In this document: positions 1 to 14,396 of the stretch, piece after piece
Layout of the letters: each line of letters opens with the position of its first letter
How positions within the stretch are numbered: the first letter of the stretch is position 1
Assembly (NCBI RefSeq): GCF_009914755.1
Contig: NC_060930.1
Source of the DNA: the human T2T-CHM13v2.0 reference genome, Homo sapiens
DNA length: 64,000 nucleotides
Strand: one strand, 5' to 3'
Notes under the pieces: generated by a model
Database searches by the model: none
The model's input: the letters and a program-made list of their open reading frames with translations, nothing else
Told to the model about the DNA's origin: nothing
Made by a program: the position numbers and the translations under genes

Positions 1-173
1 GGAAACAATACATTTGAAGAACACTATAAACCTAAACAATGTAACAGATGTATATAGAATATTCCATCCAGCAACAGCAGAATACACATTATTTTCAAGT
101 GCACACAGACAATTCTCCAGGATAGATAATATATTAATATATTAGACCACAAAACAAGTCTTAACATATTTAA

Positions 174-176
174 TTT

Positions 177-217
<41 letters not shown>

Positions 218-624
218 GAGAGAGGGTCGCATCTGTTGCCTGGGCTAGAGTGCAGTGGCACTCACTGTTGCCTGGGCTAGAGTGCAGTGGCACTCACTGT
301 TGCCTGGGCTAGAGTGCAGTGGCACTCACTGTTGCCTGGGCTAGAGTGCAGTGGCACTCACTGTTGCTTGGGCTAGAGTGCAGTGGCACTCACTGTAGCC
401 TAGAACTCCTGGGCTCAAGCAATCCTCCCACCTCAGCCTCCTGAGTAGCTGCTGGGATTACAGCTGAGTGCCACAATGCCCAGCTAATGTTTTAAAATTT
501 TTTTGTAGAGACAGGGTCTCACTGTGTTGCCCAGGCTGGTCTAGAACTCCTTACCTCAAGCAATCCTCCCACCTCAGCCTCCTAAAATGCTGTGATTACA
601 GGCATGAGCTATTGCTGTCTGGCC
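174..624 (-). mobile_element. AluJ-like, antisense, with internal 32-bp tandem amplification
   Basis: (TTTA)n tail at 174-216 followed by Alu body. TSD tcttaacatatttaa (159-173) / tcttatcatatttaa (625-639). Confidence 0.93.
233..396. repeat. 32-bp minisatellite, 5 copies, Alu-derived
   Basis: Unit ctgttgcctgggctagagtgcagtggcactca starts at 233, 265, 297, 329 and 361; one substitution in the last copy. Confidence 0.97.
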
Positions 625-1280
625 TCTTATCATATTTAAGAAAGTTGAAATCATGTCTTCTCTTTTCTGACCACAAAAAAACATAAAACAAGAGATCAGT
701 AATATGAAGAAAATTTGAAAATTCTCAAATATGTGGAAATTAAACAATTCATTGAACAATCAATGGGCCAAAAAATAAAAGGGAAACCAAAAAATATCTT
801 GAGATGAATGAAAATGGAAATACTACCTACAAAAACTTAGGAGATGCAACAAAATAAGTTCTAAGAGGATGGTTTATAGTAATAAATGCCTACATTTTTA
901 AAAAAAGAAAGATTTTAAGCAACCTAATTTTATACCTCAAGGAGCTAGCAAAAGGAGAAAGACTAAGCCCAAACTTAGGAGAAGGAAGGAAATAACAAAG
1001 ATCAGGGCAGAAATAAATGGAATCAAGACTAGAAAACAAGAGAAAACAATCAATGAAACTAAGAGTTGGTTTTTGAAAAGATAAACACAATTACAAACTT
1101 TTAGCTAGACTAAAGAAAAGAGAGGAGATTCAAATAAATAAAATAAGAGATATTACAACTGATACTACAGAAATATAAGGGATCATAAGAGAATATATGA
1201 ACAATTGTATATCAACAAATTGGATAATCTAGAAGAAATGGATAAATTCCAGACACGTACAATCTACCAAAACTGAATCA

Positions 1281-1723
<443 letters not shown>

Positions 1724-3892
1724 TCAAACATTTAAAGAAAAACTAATACCAATCTTTCCCAAACTGTTTAAAAAATTAATGAGAATGAACCACTTCCACA
1801 CTCATTTTATAAGGCCAGCATTACTCTCATACTAAAGCCAGATAAGAATACAAGAAAAGAAAATTACAAGCCAATATCCCTGATAAACATAGACATGAAA
1901 ATTCTCAATGAAACACTAGCAAACCAAATTCAACATGACCATGGTCGATGGGATTTATACCTGAGATTCAAGAATGGTTCACTATATGCAAATTAATCAA
2001 TGTGATATACCATAATAATAGAATGAAAGATAAAAGTCGTATGATCATCTCAATAGATGCATGAAAAGCATCTGACAAAACTCAACATAATTTTATGATT
2101 AAAAACTCAAAAAATTAGGTACAGGAGGAATGTATCTCAACACAATAAAGACCACATAAGAAAAGCCTACAACTAATAGTATAGTGAATGGTAAAATGTT
2201 GAACATTTTTCCTCCAAGATCAGTGAAAAGACAAGGCTGCCCACTCTCACAGAGTGCTATGTTCTATTCAACATAACACTGAAATTCCTACCCAAATCAA
2301 TTAAGCAAGCAAAAGCAATAAAAGGCATCAAAATCAGAAAGGAATACATAGACTTTTGTTTGCAGATGACATTATCTCAAATAGAGTAAACCCTAGACTC
2401 CACCAAAAAAATGGTTATAACTGATAAATTTAGTTAAGTTATAAGGTACAAAATTAACAAACAAAATTCAGTTGCATGTCTATACATAAACAATGAACTA
2501 TCCAAAAAGACATTTTTTTCAAAAAATAAATTTTAAAAATATTCTATTCACAATAGCATAAAAAAGAATAAAATACTTAGGAGTAAATTTAACCAAGGAG
2601 ATAAAAGATCTGTATAATGAAACAATAAAGCATTGATGCAAAAAACTGACAAGGCAAATACATGGAAAGATATTTCCTTTTATGGATCACAAGAATCAAT
2701 ATTGTCAAAATGTTCATATTACCTTAAATGATCTACAGATTCAATGTAACTCCTATCAAAATTCCAACGGCATTTTTAATAGAAATAGAAAAAAAAGTCC
2801 TAAAAATTGTATGGAACCATCAAAGACCATGAAGCAATTTTAAGGAAAAAGAACAAAGCTGGAGGCATATTTCCTGATTTTAAATTATATTATATAGCTA
2901 TAGTGATCAAAACTGCATGGTACTGGCATAAAAAAACAATACATGGATTGGAACAGAAAGCACAGAAATAAACCCATATATAATATTCAGTCAATTAATC
3001 TTTGAAAAAGGCATCAAGAATACACAATGGAGAAAGACTGTCCCTTCAGGAAATGGTGTTAGGAAAACTGGCTATCCACATGCAAATAAGTGAAACTGGA
3101 TCCTTATTTTACAACATACACACAAATCAACTCAAGACAGATTAAAGATTTAAACGTAAGTCCTGAAATCATAAATGTACTAGAAGAAAACATGGGCAAA
3201 ATAGCTTCTTGATATTGGACTAGACAATGATTTTCTGGATATGACCTTATAAGCACAGCCAACAAAGCAAAAAGAGGCAAATAGAATTGCACCAAACTAA
3301 AAAGCTTCTGCACAGCAAAGGGAACATCAACAGAGGGAAGAGACAACCTAGGGAGTGGAGAAAATATTTGCAAACCACACAATTGATAAGGGATTAATAT
3401 GCAAAATATGTTAGAAACTCAAAAACTAAATAGCAGAAAAACAAACAAAGAAAACGGGCAAAGGACCTGACTAGACATTTCTCAAAAGAATACATACGAA
3501 TGGCCAATTACAAGAAAAAATGCTCGACATCACAAAACATCAGGGAAAGCAAGTTCAAACAACCATGAGACATCACCTCATGCATTAGGATGTATATTAT
3601 CAAAATAGCAAAAGATAACAAGTGTTGGTGAGGATGTGGAGAAAAGGGAACCCTTGGACATTGTTGGTGAGAATGTAAATTATTACAGACATTATGGAAA
3701 ACAGTATGAAGATTTCTCAAAAAAATTAAAAATAGAAGTACCATATGATCCAATAGTCCCACTACTGAGTATATATCCAAAGGAAATGAAATCAGTATAT
3801 CACTGAGACATCTGCACCACCATATGCCCTGCACACTATTCACAACAGCTAAGATGTGGAATCAACCTGTCTATTGACAGACAAATGGATAA

Positions 3893-4025
3893 GAGGGATA
3901 GCATTAGGAGAAATACCTAATGTAGATGATGGGTTGATGGGTGCAGCAAACCACCATGGCACATGTATACCTATGTAACAAACCTGCACGTTCTGCACTT
4001 GTATCCCAGGACTTAAAGTATATAT
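3893..4025 (+). mobile_element. Short L1PA (about PA7-PA8) 3' end
   Basis: gagggatagcattaggagaaatacctaatgtagatgatgggttgatgggtgcagcaaaccaccatggcac...cttaaagtat matches the primate L1 3' UTR. Confidence 0.9.
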
Positions 4026-4275
4026 TTTTTTAAAAAACTCTAAATATCAATCATCTAAATTTTCACTATTCAGGCTTTCACTATAAATGCTGGTTTTAGG
4101 TTTTCCAAAATGATGAATGTAAATCAGTATTATTCATTTCACTTCCACTAGTTTTAGGTTCAGATACAATAGGAAGAAAAGATTTTAAACTTTTAGAGTT
4201 CTTTTAAAGTCTACTCCACACATTCATCTTTTGGTACGAAGTATTTCAACTCAAATTATAATAGAGGAAAAAGAG

Positions 4276-4299
4276 TACACACACACACACACACACACA
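4276..4299. repeat. (AC)n microsatellite
   Basis: Direct reading. Confidence 0.95.
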
Positions 4300-4732
4300 G
4301 AAAGAGAAAGAGACGGAGAAACACACATAGAGACAACAATAACAAAATAGTACCTTTTATCATACCCGGAGTCTTGTAGATTGTTTTTATCATATCTCAC
4401 CTATTTTACTGATTTTGGTAAATTATCCTAATTCAGTCGTATCTAAACCAAACACAGCTTTCACCAAGGGAACTTCCAACTCTCCTAGCAGCATTCTCCT
4501 GATATTATCACTATAGCAACATCTCTATAAAAGCATACTATTCTTCCCTCATTCTTCATCCTTACCCCCTGCTTACTAGCCAAATGCACCGCTCCCCAGT
4601 GCCAGCGTGTCTACAAAGACAGTGCTCATATCGATTTATAAAAAGTGCTTCAGATGCACTTTTGGTGAAAAAAAAGAGACATTTTTCATTCGATATTTAG
4701 AAAATTAGGCATTTTATCTTATTAAAATCCTA

Positions 4733-4850
4733 GTGTTGATTGTGGTAATTGTTTCACAATGAGAAATATATCAACTCATCACATTGCACACCTTGAAAAG
4801 ATATATTGACATGATTTTTATGTCATCTCAATAAAGCTGGAAAAAATTTT
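4733..4850 (+). mobile_element. L1M 3' terminal fragment
   Basis: ttgattgtggtaattgtttcaca...catcacattgcacaccttga...ctcaataaagctggaaaaaa resembles L1M 3' ends. Confidence 0.7.
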
Positions 4851-5522
4851 AAAAATCTTAATAACTTCTAAGGGATTTTTGTTGGAAAAAAATCGTCCAA
4901 CTTACAAAAACTTCCAGAATTGTTACTTTTGAAATTTAATTCTAGAATTTGGGAGAAGAAATTAAATGGACATTTTTTAGATCACTATTACATAGGCATT
5001 TAATTTCTTGTATTTTTACACAAGATATAATCTTGTTTATTTCTGATTTGTTCTTTGAACTTTCTGGAATTTTTCCCAAATATCTAATATTGCAAAACAC
5101 TCATTACAAATTATAATTGCCATACTAGAAATACACATAGCAAGTTGCCAAGAGAATCACACCATTTTTTTGAAACTTGCAAACAATATTGGAGAGGTTT
5201 GACATTACTTAAGCACATAAAATATCAGTTAAAGAAAGAGCCTTACAAAAGACAAACAAATATAGGTGTAAGAATGTACAAAGAATATTTTTTAAATTCC
5301 ATTTTATACTGCGTAAGACAATCAAAGACTAGATTTTTAAGCAAGAAATGTTTACAGATGTGTGAGACTCTCCAGGTCTAGAATCAAATAATTTCTTGGC
5401 CTGGGATTTCAAGGAAAAACACGAATCAGTTGTAGCCTACTCATGCCTATTAAAACACCACCACAAACAAAATCACTGGTGAAAATGTTTTCATTTTTCT
5501 GACTCATTTAGAGTAAGAAATG

Positions 5523-5839
5523 TTTGTTTTTTGTTTGTTGTGGTTTGGTTTTGGTTTGAGACAGGGTCTCACTCTGTCACCCAGACAGGAGCGCAGTGGC
5601 ATGCTCTCGGCTCACTATAGCCTCAACCTCCTGGGCTCCAGCAATCTTCCTGCCTCAGCCTCCCAAGTAGCTGGGACTACAGGGGCATGCCACCACACCT
5701 GGCTAATTTTTGTATTTTTTGTAGAGACGGGGTTTTGCCATGTTGCCTAGGCTGGTCTTGAGCTCCTGAACTCAAGTGATCTGCCCACCTTGGCCTCCAA
5801 AAATGCTAGGATTACAGGCGTGAGCCACCGTGCCTGGAC
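5523..5839 (-). mobile_element. AluJ/S, antisense
   Basis: T-rich tail followed by gagacagggtctcactctgtcacc...gtgagccaccgtgcctgg. Confidence 0.93.
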
Positions 5840-5984
5840 AGGAACGTTTATTATAACATCAAATTTGTTAACCCCCAAAAGTTTGCTTATAAAAAATGTT
5901 AACTATTCTCATGATTTCTAGGGAAAAAAAAATCAAACTCACTCTTCAGTAGAGGCCAAAAGAAATATGAATTTCCTCAACAGA

Positions 5985-6220
5985 CTTTGGGGTCTAGGAG
6001 TGCAACAGATCCGACTCGGGATCCCAGCATCATCATTTACTGCGAGAATTTCAAAAGGTGACTTAGCCACTTTATAGCTTCATTTAGCCATATGTAAACT
6101 AGAGACAAAAATAATAATGAAAACCTCCTAGAATCACTGTAAATATTAAGTTAGATATTTTATGTAAATGCTGTGTCCAACACTTATCACATAGTATTCA
6201 TTCATCAATAAATGTTAGTT
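5985..6220 (+). mobile_element. MIR
   Basis: Degenerate MIR core ending cacatagta...caataaatgttag. Confidence 0.65.
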
Positions 6221-8099
6221 ACTTGTTATACTTGTTTTTACTCTTATTGATTTAAACATGATAGCAGCAATTAACTTCTCTTAAGGGAATAGAACAGACC
6301 ATTGCTTTCTTTTATTATTAGAATATGTATTTAATAAAGACAGGGAAGCGAAGAAGTTTCTAGAAGCCAGGAGAAACCTGATCATTAATTTATGTGGTTC
6401 CTTTTGCCTCCACTAGCTTCAACACTAAGAAAGAGGGCCTCTTGTGGAATTTAGACATTCAAAGGTATATTTACTGAGCAAATCCAAATCATTGGTTTCA
6501 ATTTATCTTGACATGTTCAGGCCAATTAAGTTAGTTAATTACTGGGAATAAAGTAATCCTGAATCCTTAAAAGCTGGGCCCACAACCTAGTATTCATTCC
6601 TAAGGGCTAGCAGATTTGTCCTCCAGTATGGCATATGCAGCAATTTAAAGTCAGGGAAAAGTATGGACTTATTAATACTCTTTGGCATTTACTGGCACTG
6701 CTATTTACCCTCTATTACGTGCTAAGTGTCTGACGACCCAATACCCATATATTCAACATTAAATCTTCAACCTTATAATTCTTGAAATTCTCATTTGGTA
6801 TTCACTCAAGACCCAGAAAAGGGTCAAAGGTTGCTAAACTTTACTTCGCTTTAAAATCTTCCCTTATTCAGACAAGTTCCCTGCTGAAGTTTAAAAAAAA
6901 AAAAAAGGAGGCTCTAAGGAAGGGCATATTTCTAAAAAACTGAAAAAATAAGAGGGAGATGGTTTTCAGTTGTTTTACAAATAGGATTTCTTGTCCTTTT
7001 CAATTTCTCACTTAAGCCTTATTTCCATTTGGAAATCCAGCTACTCAGTGCCAACTAAGGGGGAGGAACTGTGGGGTTTAAAAGTTAGAATAAACATCGT
7101 TTGTAGCCTTAAATGAGGACCAGTCTTCTTAAATGACTCAAGAAACATTTACTGCACACAAATTATGTGCAAAGCACTGACTACATACATGGGTGATGGG
7201 AGCAGAGGGCACAGGGGCAAGGAGAAAAATAAGATACAAAACCTAAACCTAATGTCCTTGTAAACTTAGTTCCTTTACATCCTTGAAAAATTATTTTTTT
7301 CTTCCACAGCACTACAGCTGTGTATAGGGAAAAACAGGGGAAGAAGAACCAAGCAAATGTAGCAGCTTCTAGCTCCTTACCCCTCCAGTGTTGAACCTGG
7401 GGTGTGTGTGAAAAACCAAGGTTAAGCATCACAGCCCACTGAGATAAGAGTGAAGGAACAAGGGATGACGCAAGGTAACACAGAGATGCTGGCAGGTTTG
7501 AGAAAAACATGTTCTCGCTTCTCAAGCTGAAGCGAGCAACTAGCATGACCTTTCTTTGTATTTTCGTTTTGCAGTGTCAAGGGCAATGTTGTTTCTTTTC
7601 AGGAAGAAACAATACCAGCTTTGAGAAAAAAAATCCACATTAAAAAAAAATAGCAGCTATTAAGAAGTGTGAGAGGAAGGAGGTGCAGAGGGGACACAGG
7701 AAGATCCAAGAGCAGCAAAATATAGGTTCAGAGGCAATTTGAGTCCAATCCACCACCTTTCAAATTAAATTAAAAGCATGGTTAAAAGAGCATTTTTGGC
7801 ACAAAATCTTAAATTCACGGTGCTGTAGGATAAGGCTTAGTGGGATTATCAACAGAGTGTGGATGCCAAATGGACATCAGGCAGGAAGAGAAACCACAGA
7901 TGCATTTTCAGCAAGGTGTCTTTATAGGATTACTCCACCTAGAGCTTGGCCTGACTCAAATATTAATTTCACAAACAACCGCAGTTGTAAGAGTGACTTC
8001 CATTATTTAAGGGCCTAATCTCGGGTAGAATAACAATCCACAAACACTTTTTTTGTGGCACTGCCAAGCATCTTTTGTTTTTCAACATATGATTTTAAA

Positions 8100-8204
8100 C
8101 ATTAACTTGTTATTGTATATATTTAAGTTGTATTACATGATGTTTTGATACACATAGTGAAATAATTACTACGGCCAAGAAAACTAACATATTCATCTCT
8201 TCAC

Positions 8205-8250
<46 letters not shown>

Positions 8251-8522
8251 CGTGTGTGGCAACTGTATACCCTTTGTCCCCCATCTCCCTAAACTGCTCC
8301 ATCCCTCTGCACCTGTTAACTGCTGTTTCACTCTCTGTTTCTATGCATTTGCCTTTTTTTAGATTTACTGTTTAAGTGTCATGCAGTATTTTTCACTTAG
8401 CGCAAGTCTTCTAGGTTCATCTATGTTGTCAAAAGTCGCAGGACCTCCTTCTTTTTAAAAGCTGAATAATATTCCATTATATATATGCCACAATTTCTTC
8501 ATCCATTCATTTGTAGATGGAT
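8100..8522 (-). mobile_element. L1M 3' end, antisense, containing (TG)n at about 8208-8257
   Basis: ttattgtatatatttaagttgtattacatgatgttttgatacacatagtgaaat...gctgaataatattccatt. Confidence 0.85.
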
Positions 8523-9494
8523 GAATGCTAAGCATAACCATTTTAATCATTCTGTTAATAACTCAGCCAATGAAAAAGATTTTTTTCCCATTATAATATA
8601 AAACTGTACGTTATTTTGTTTTCCTAACCTACACAGTGCTTACATGTTTCTTTAATAGTAAAGATCGTAATTAGCCTATAGTGAAGTATATATAACAGAT
8701 AATTTGGATGCTTCTATTGATTTTTTTGTCTCCATTATTACCACTGAGTCCTTCTACCATCTGCTGAAGCAAAGGCAACAGAGAAGAATAAAAGAAGAAC
8801 AGAGTATTTTTTCAACTGCCATGATGTCTCCAGCCTGAAACTCTCCTTCTATTCCAATGCTAACTAGTTATTATAGCAGTAACTTTGCACTTACAGATTT
8901 TTGTGCAAAATCCAAGAAAAAAAAGTAATCTTTATTGTCAAAAAATAGCTTCCTGGGTGCTTTCTGGAGAAAAGGAGGGCGGTCTGACTTCCTCATGTAG
9001 AAAATCTCAGATATGAAAAGGAAAAGTAACAAGGGAAGGGAACACATTGCTTGTCCTATCAAATATTAAAAATAAAATGTAAAAGGTGCATTAATTAAAG
9101 CAATGTGGTAACAGAGAAAGAACACACCATAGAATGCAATGAAATACACAGTCCAGAAAGAGACTTGTGTCTATCTAGACAAAATGAGAAAGATCATTTG
9201 ATGAATAGTTTAGGGAAAACTAGAGGGCAAATGAAAATAGAAAAAAAAATCATTGAGAACCTCTCTTTACACCAAAATAAATACCAAATGGTTTAGGGAA
9301 TTAAAATAAACTATAACAACTACCTGAAAATATAGTAAATATGCTTAATAATGAAGACAGACATTTTAGGCCTAAAAATAACTAAAGAGGAATAGGTTTC
9401 ATTGCATAAAAATCAAAAATACATATCCAACATATTATAAACATAAAGGCAAAGAGTATAGTGGGAAAATATGTGCTAAAAATATGAGTTAAAT

Positions 9495-9826
<332 letters not shown>

Positions 9827-9827
9827 T

Positions 9828-9997
9828 ATTTATTTACATTTAGAGACAGGGTCTCTCTATGTACCCAAAATAGAGTGCAGTGGCTATTCATGGGTGCAAT
9901 CAGCACACTGCAGCCTCCAACTCCTCGTCTCAGGGATCCTCCTGTCTCAGACTCCTGAGTAGCTAGAACTACAGGCTCTTGCCACTGCACCTGGCTT
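9828..9997 (-). mobile_element. FAM-like fossil Alu monomer
   Basis: Contains the 7SL-type gcagtggctattca segment that dimeric Alus lack; monomer length. Confidence 0.75.
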
Positions 9998-10299
9998 AGA
10001 ATTTTAAATAAAATCAATGAGAAAAATTTTCAGTCCCATTACATTTGTAAGCAAAGATATGGACCAGCAATTCACAAAATGGTCTTTAAAACATATGAAA
10101 TAAAGTTTTACATTATTCAATTTAAAAAACAATGAGATAAGCATAATATCCAGGGGTAACTTTTAAACAAAAAGAAAGAGATTTTGAGCTGTAATAAGTT
10201 GCCATTTTTGAAAGCCAGTATTTTTAACTCTTATAATGAAGATTAAGTAACATTAATGAATTAGTTCTTTATTGCTCCTAGTCTCAGTATTATCATACA

Positions 10300-10464
10300 T
10301 CAGTGGTCCTTAAAGTGCCCAGAGCAGCAGCATCAGCACCACCTGGGAACTTGTTAGAAATGTAAATTCCTGGCTCCAATCCTGACCTACAGAAGCAGAT
10401 CAGCAATCGGCTTTAACAAGATACCCAGGTGATTCTTATGCACAATCAAATTTTGGGATCACTG
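10300..10464. mobile_element. MER5A (hAT-Charlie MITE)
   Basis: cagtggt...agcagcatcagcaccacctgggaacttgttagaaatg...ccaggtgattcttatgcac...atcactg termini. Confidence 0.85.
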
Positions 10465-10489
10465 TATGGATCATAAGCTGTAGAAAATT

Positions 10490-10700
10490 TTGTGGTGCAG
10501 TGGTTCCCAGCATGCATCCAATTTCCTGGGTTTAGTTTAATCATCACCTTATGGGCAAGTTATCTAGATTCTCCTTTCAGTTTCCTCATCTGTGAAATGG
10601 AGGTAATGATGGCACTTGCCTCATAAGGTTGTTGGTAGGATAACAGAAGTTTATGTTTGAAAAGCATATGTATCAGTGCTTATATAGCTTAGCCCATTGT
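10490..10700 (+). mobile_element. MIR
   Basis: tcagtttcctcatctgtgaaatggaggtaatgat core. Confidence 0.8.
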
Positions 10701-11730
10701 TAAATTTAGATTTTTTTAAGTAAGTTTAATAAAGAAGAGAAAAGACCATATTTTAAAGATTTAAAAGTAAAGATAATCAATAATTACACTGTGAGAAATG
10801 ACAACTAGATTTGCATATCTGTAGTAGAATAGAAAAAATGGGTCATAAGCAGCTTTAGGGATGATGAGAAGAAATGGAGGAAGAAAAAAGAATATACACA
10901 AGCTGCATCCAAAATACTCTCAAATACTCTGCCAGTGGAGAGCCACACGTATAATTAATTCAGAGATCTTCTTGGAGATGGCCCTAGAAGTGTGAATTCT
11001 TGCACTCTGCCTAAAACAATTTGGGTATATAAACCACCTCTCTTTGATGGTAAAGATATGTTTGTTTGATTTTTGATGCTAGTAAAATAGCTGTAGAAAC
11101 AAGTCTTGAGGCCATACTTTCATAAAATAAATACACCTTTATTAAATTACAGGTGATCTGAATACGATCTTAGCCTGTCATTAAGATGTGTTCTTAGTTA
11201 TTTCAGTCTACTGAATAGACTGACCTGCAATTTAGTTTACAATTTAGTTTCTGAAATAATTTAAAAACAAAAAGCATAAGTCTAGCAATTATTTCGTGTT
11301 GTCTAGACCCTGTGTGACAACTCTGCTGAATTCTTCAATTATTTCCATGTTAATAATAACTAAATAGATCATTATGAAATCACAGCAAAATAAAAAACAC
11401 AATCTTCCATTTTCTGTTGCTCCTATGTTCTTTCTCAGCACCAAGCTATATAAAAGTTAAAACAGTTTATTTCCTCTATATTATGTAGGTATTTGATTGT
11501 CCCGAACACATCAAAATATTACGCTTTCAGAAAAATCTTTTGAATCTCTGCCTATAAAACCATTACTATATCATATATAAAACTCATACTCTTCCTTCTC
11601 TGTGTATAATATTTAGATTCTCTCCTGTGAACAGGATAGCCAGGGAATTAGCATACCTTTTGGGTCAGGTAGATGGGGTAGTCAGTGAGATCTCCGAAAA
11701 ACAAAAAGGTTGCTTGTTAAAGGCCAACGT

Positions 11731-11743
11731 GGTCAACTTGACC
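11731..11743. promoter_or_regulatory. Perfect estrogen response element consensus (GGTCAnnnTGACC)
   Basis: ggtca-act-tgacc in non-repeat sequence. Motif match only; function untested. Confidence 0.45.
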
Positions 11744-14396
11744 CTTTTGGGGAGGTGCAGCCTTGCCAGCACTAGAGGCTGGACTTGCTGAGGCCACGTT
11801 GGATCTCCAGTCTCAGCACTGGGTTATTTTAGTCCTTCATCCCAACAAACTTCGGGATGGGTGGTGTGCTGCACCTATTCCCACCAGGAAGCGGGTCTTG
11901 CAGATTACTAACAGCTGTTCCCTTAATCAGAGGCAATCAAAACAATGGTATCCCCTTCCTTCTACAAATTAATAAAGGGAGCTATCTAGGAAGGTTCAGT
12001 CCTTACTATCATGGTAAGAAGTCTTTCTTTTGTAGTGTACCTCACTAAAGAGAAAGACAAACAAGCAAACAAAAAAACTCCTACTCACAGCAATAAGTAA
12101 GGTAAGCATCTATCTAGGAGCTCTCTCCTAAAGGCAGCCAGATGCGGAGGAATTCACGAGACTGCCCTGCCCAGTCTCAGAAAGGGATGCACAAAGGGGG
12201 ATTCATCCCATTGCTCAGAAAGCAAGAAGGGAAGGGACTTTGCTCAGAAATCAAGCTGCTTATTTAATTTGATGTTTACTCTGGTCTTTTTTGACCTACA
12301 CAGTAATACAGAGATATTTTTCAATTGACAACTTTCTATCTCAGTTACTTAGTTTCAATAAATTTAACCTGTAAACATTACCTTACAATGTGTTCCATTC
12401 TGAGGTTTCTTTTAACCCAATGGAATAGAAATGACCCCTACTTGGTTTGTCTTCTGAGATTGCTTAAGAACAGGAAGCAAAGTACTGATTACTAGGCTTG
12501 CTTTTAAAATAACAGCCTTGGCAATGATCTCTAGCTGAGAACTGGCACTTGTGTTGACTCTAGGTCTTCAGAAAAGGAAAATCAAGGGAAGAAAGAAAAA
12601 TTCAATGTGCAGAAACAAACAAACAAAAAATGCCAGCAATTTCTGAAGGAATGGAGAATACATGTATATGAATCCTGTAGCACCACGAAATTTAGAGCTA
12701 CACACCTACAATCCTTCAGAGGCATTTCATGACAGCTGCATGATGAAGGGGGAGGATTTATATTTAATTTCTATATGTGTATACTTTTTACCCTAAAAAA
12801 AAGGAAGGAAGAAAGCATGCAAATTAACTTCTTGTCACTAATAAAATGGTGTGATTTAACCCAAAATCCGTGACTGTAAAGTACCCACAAAGAGAAAGAA
12901 AATGGGTCTCAGGAAACAAAATTGTTTTATTATGGCTGTATCTGTATTGGGTCAATTACTGTGACGAAAGAGGCATTTTCCCTGGCAGAGAAAAGATTAA
13001 CATTTTAGTGTATTTTCTTAAATAATTTAAAAAGGAAAGAGTAACATGTAACTAAATTTAGTTTTTAATCATTTTCTACTTACTTGCTATATGCAACTAA
13101 CTTGTTATTTTCAATGCATTTTTTAAATTTTTCAATGCTAGTTTGTGCATCATCACAGTTTTTAAAAATTTCCTTGCCAGGAAATTATCATATTTGTAAT
13201 TACAATAACAAAACTCTAGTCACTTCCTGAATTAAAGAAGGGGTTGGGGTGGGGGCAGCTTTATCACCGCAATCTTGGACTGACCTTTTGCCTGAAGCAT
13301 TTGAAAAGGCAAGTAGAAATCAAATATATTTTTGCATAATGCCTACATCTTTAATGACACTTCTGAGGTGTCTGAGTGATATTTCTATTGTCATTGCATA
13401 ATATAATACTTAGCATTTTACTGTAATGAAGTGTAACAATTGAGGTAATGTTACTACCATCTTACGTAAATTCAAACTTTTACAAACCAAAGTATGTTCT
13501 ATTTTTGTCCATTTTGCCAATTCAGTTCTTCTCACTATTCTTAAAGGAGGGTCCATTAATTACATGTATCCAAAATGCACAACAATCTAATTAGCTGTTA
13601 GAATGACTCACTTCAGTCCTCAATGTCTTGCTTTTTGTAAAAGTGCTCATTTCCTATGACTTATGGGAGAAATTGTTTGGATTGGAAGAGCTTCAAAGCC
13701 AATAAACAGAATAAGGGGACTCCCAGAATAATAGATTTCTAGAATAAGAGCACTTTTTATGGATTAGGAAACAGCTCCAGAGTCTATGACCCGCCCAACG
13801 TCACAAAACCAGAATGTCAGTAATACTACTCATCGTTGCCAGATACTCAAAAGCTCCTCTGCAGTTGGAAAGATTCGTTCCAGAAAAAGTCTTTCCTGAA
13901 GGGCAACTCACTTTCGCTAGGGATGAAGAGTAACTTAAAAAGGAGAGAGAGCGGAGGTAAGGGGAATGAATTGGTGTAATGCCAAAAGCTGTGGAATAAA
14001 AGTTATTCCATGGTATTTGTTCATGGGTGTTGTGTGTGAATGATGTGTGTTGATGTTTTCTGGGTCATTTAGTTTATGAGGGAAGGCAGGAAAAGCCAAC
14101 AGAGCATACAAAAACAAATCAGCCACAAATTCTGAAAGAGGGAGTTGCCTTTGGTCTAATAAACATTTTAGGAATGTAAACACCTTCTGGGAAGGATTCC
14201 TTCTGGGAATGTCTATTTGACATTCACACCTCATTGTCAACTGCTCGAATTAGATAACACCTTGTTGAATATCCTCAGGCAATGAAAAATTAAAGGTAAA
14301 GAAAGAGAAAGGAATACTTTTCTAAGGGCGAGGCACTTAGAGGTGGAGACTCCCCTCTGGGCATTACCTACTTGAGGTCTCTATAGAGGAGGCTGA

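Noticed and set aside
233-396. CRISPR-like array of 32-bp repeats
   Set aside because: There are no spacers, the unit is Alu sequence, and the context is eukaryotic.
13238-13256. G-quadruplex candidate
   Set aside because: Only three G runs are present.
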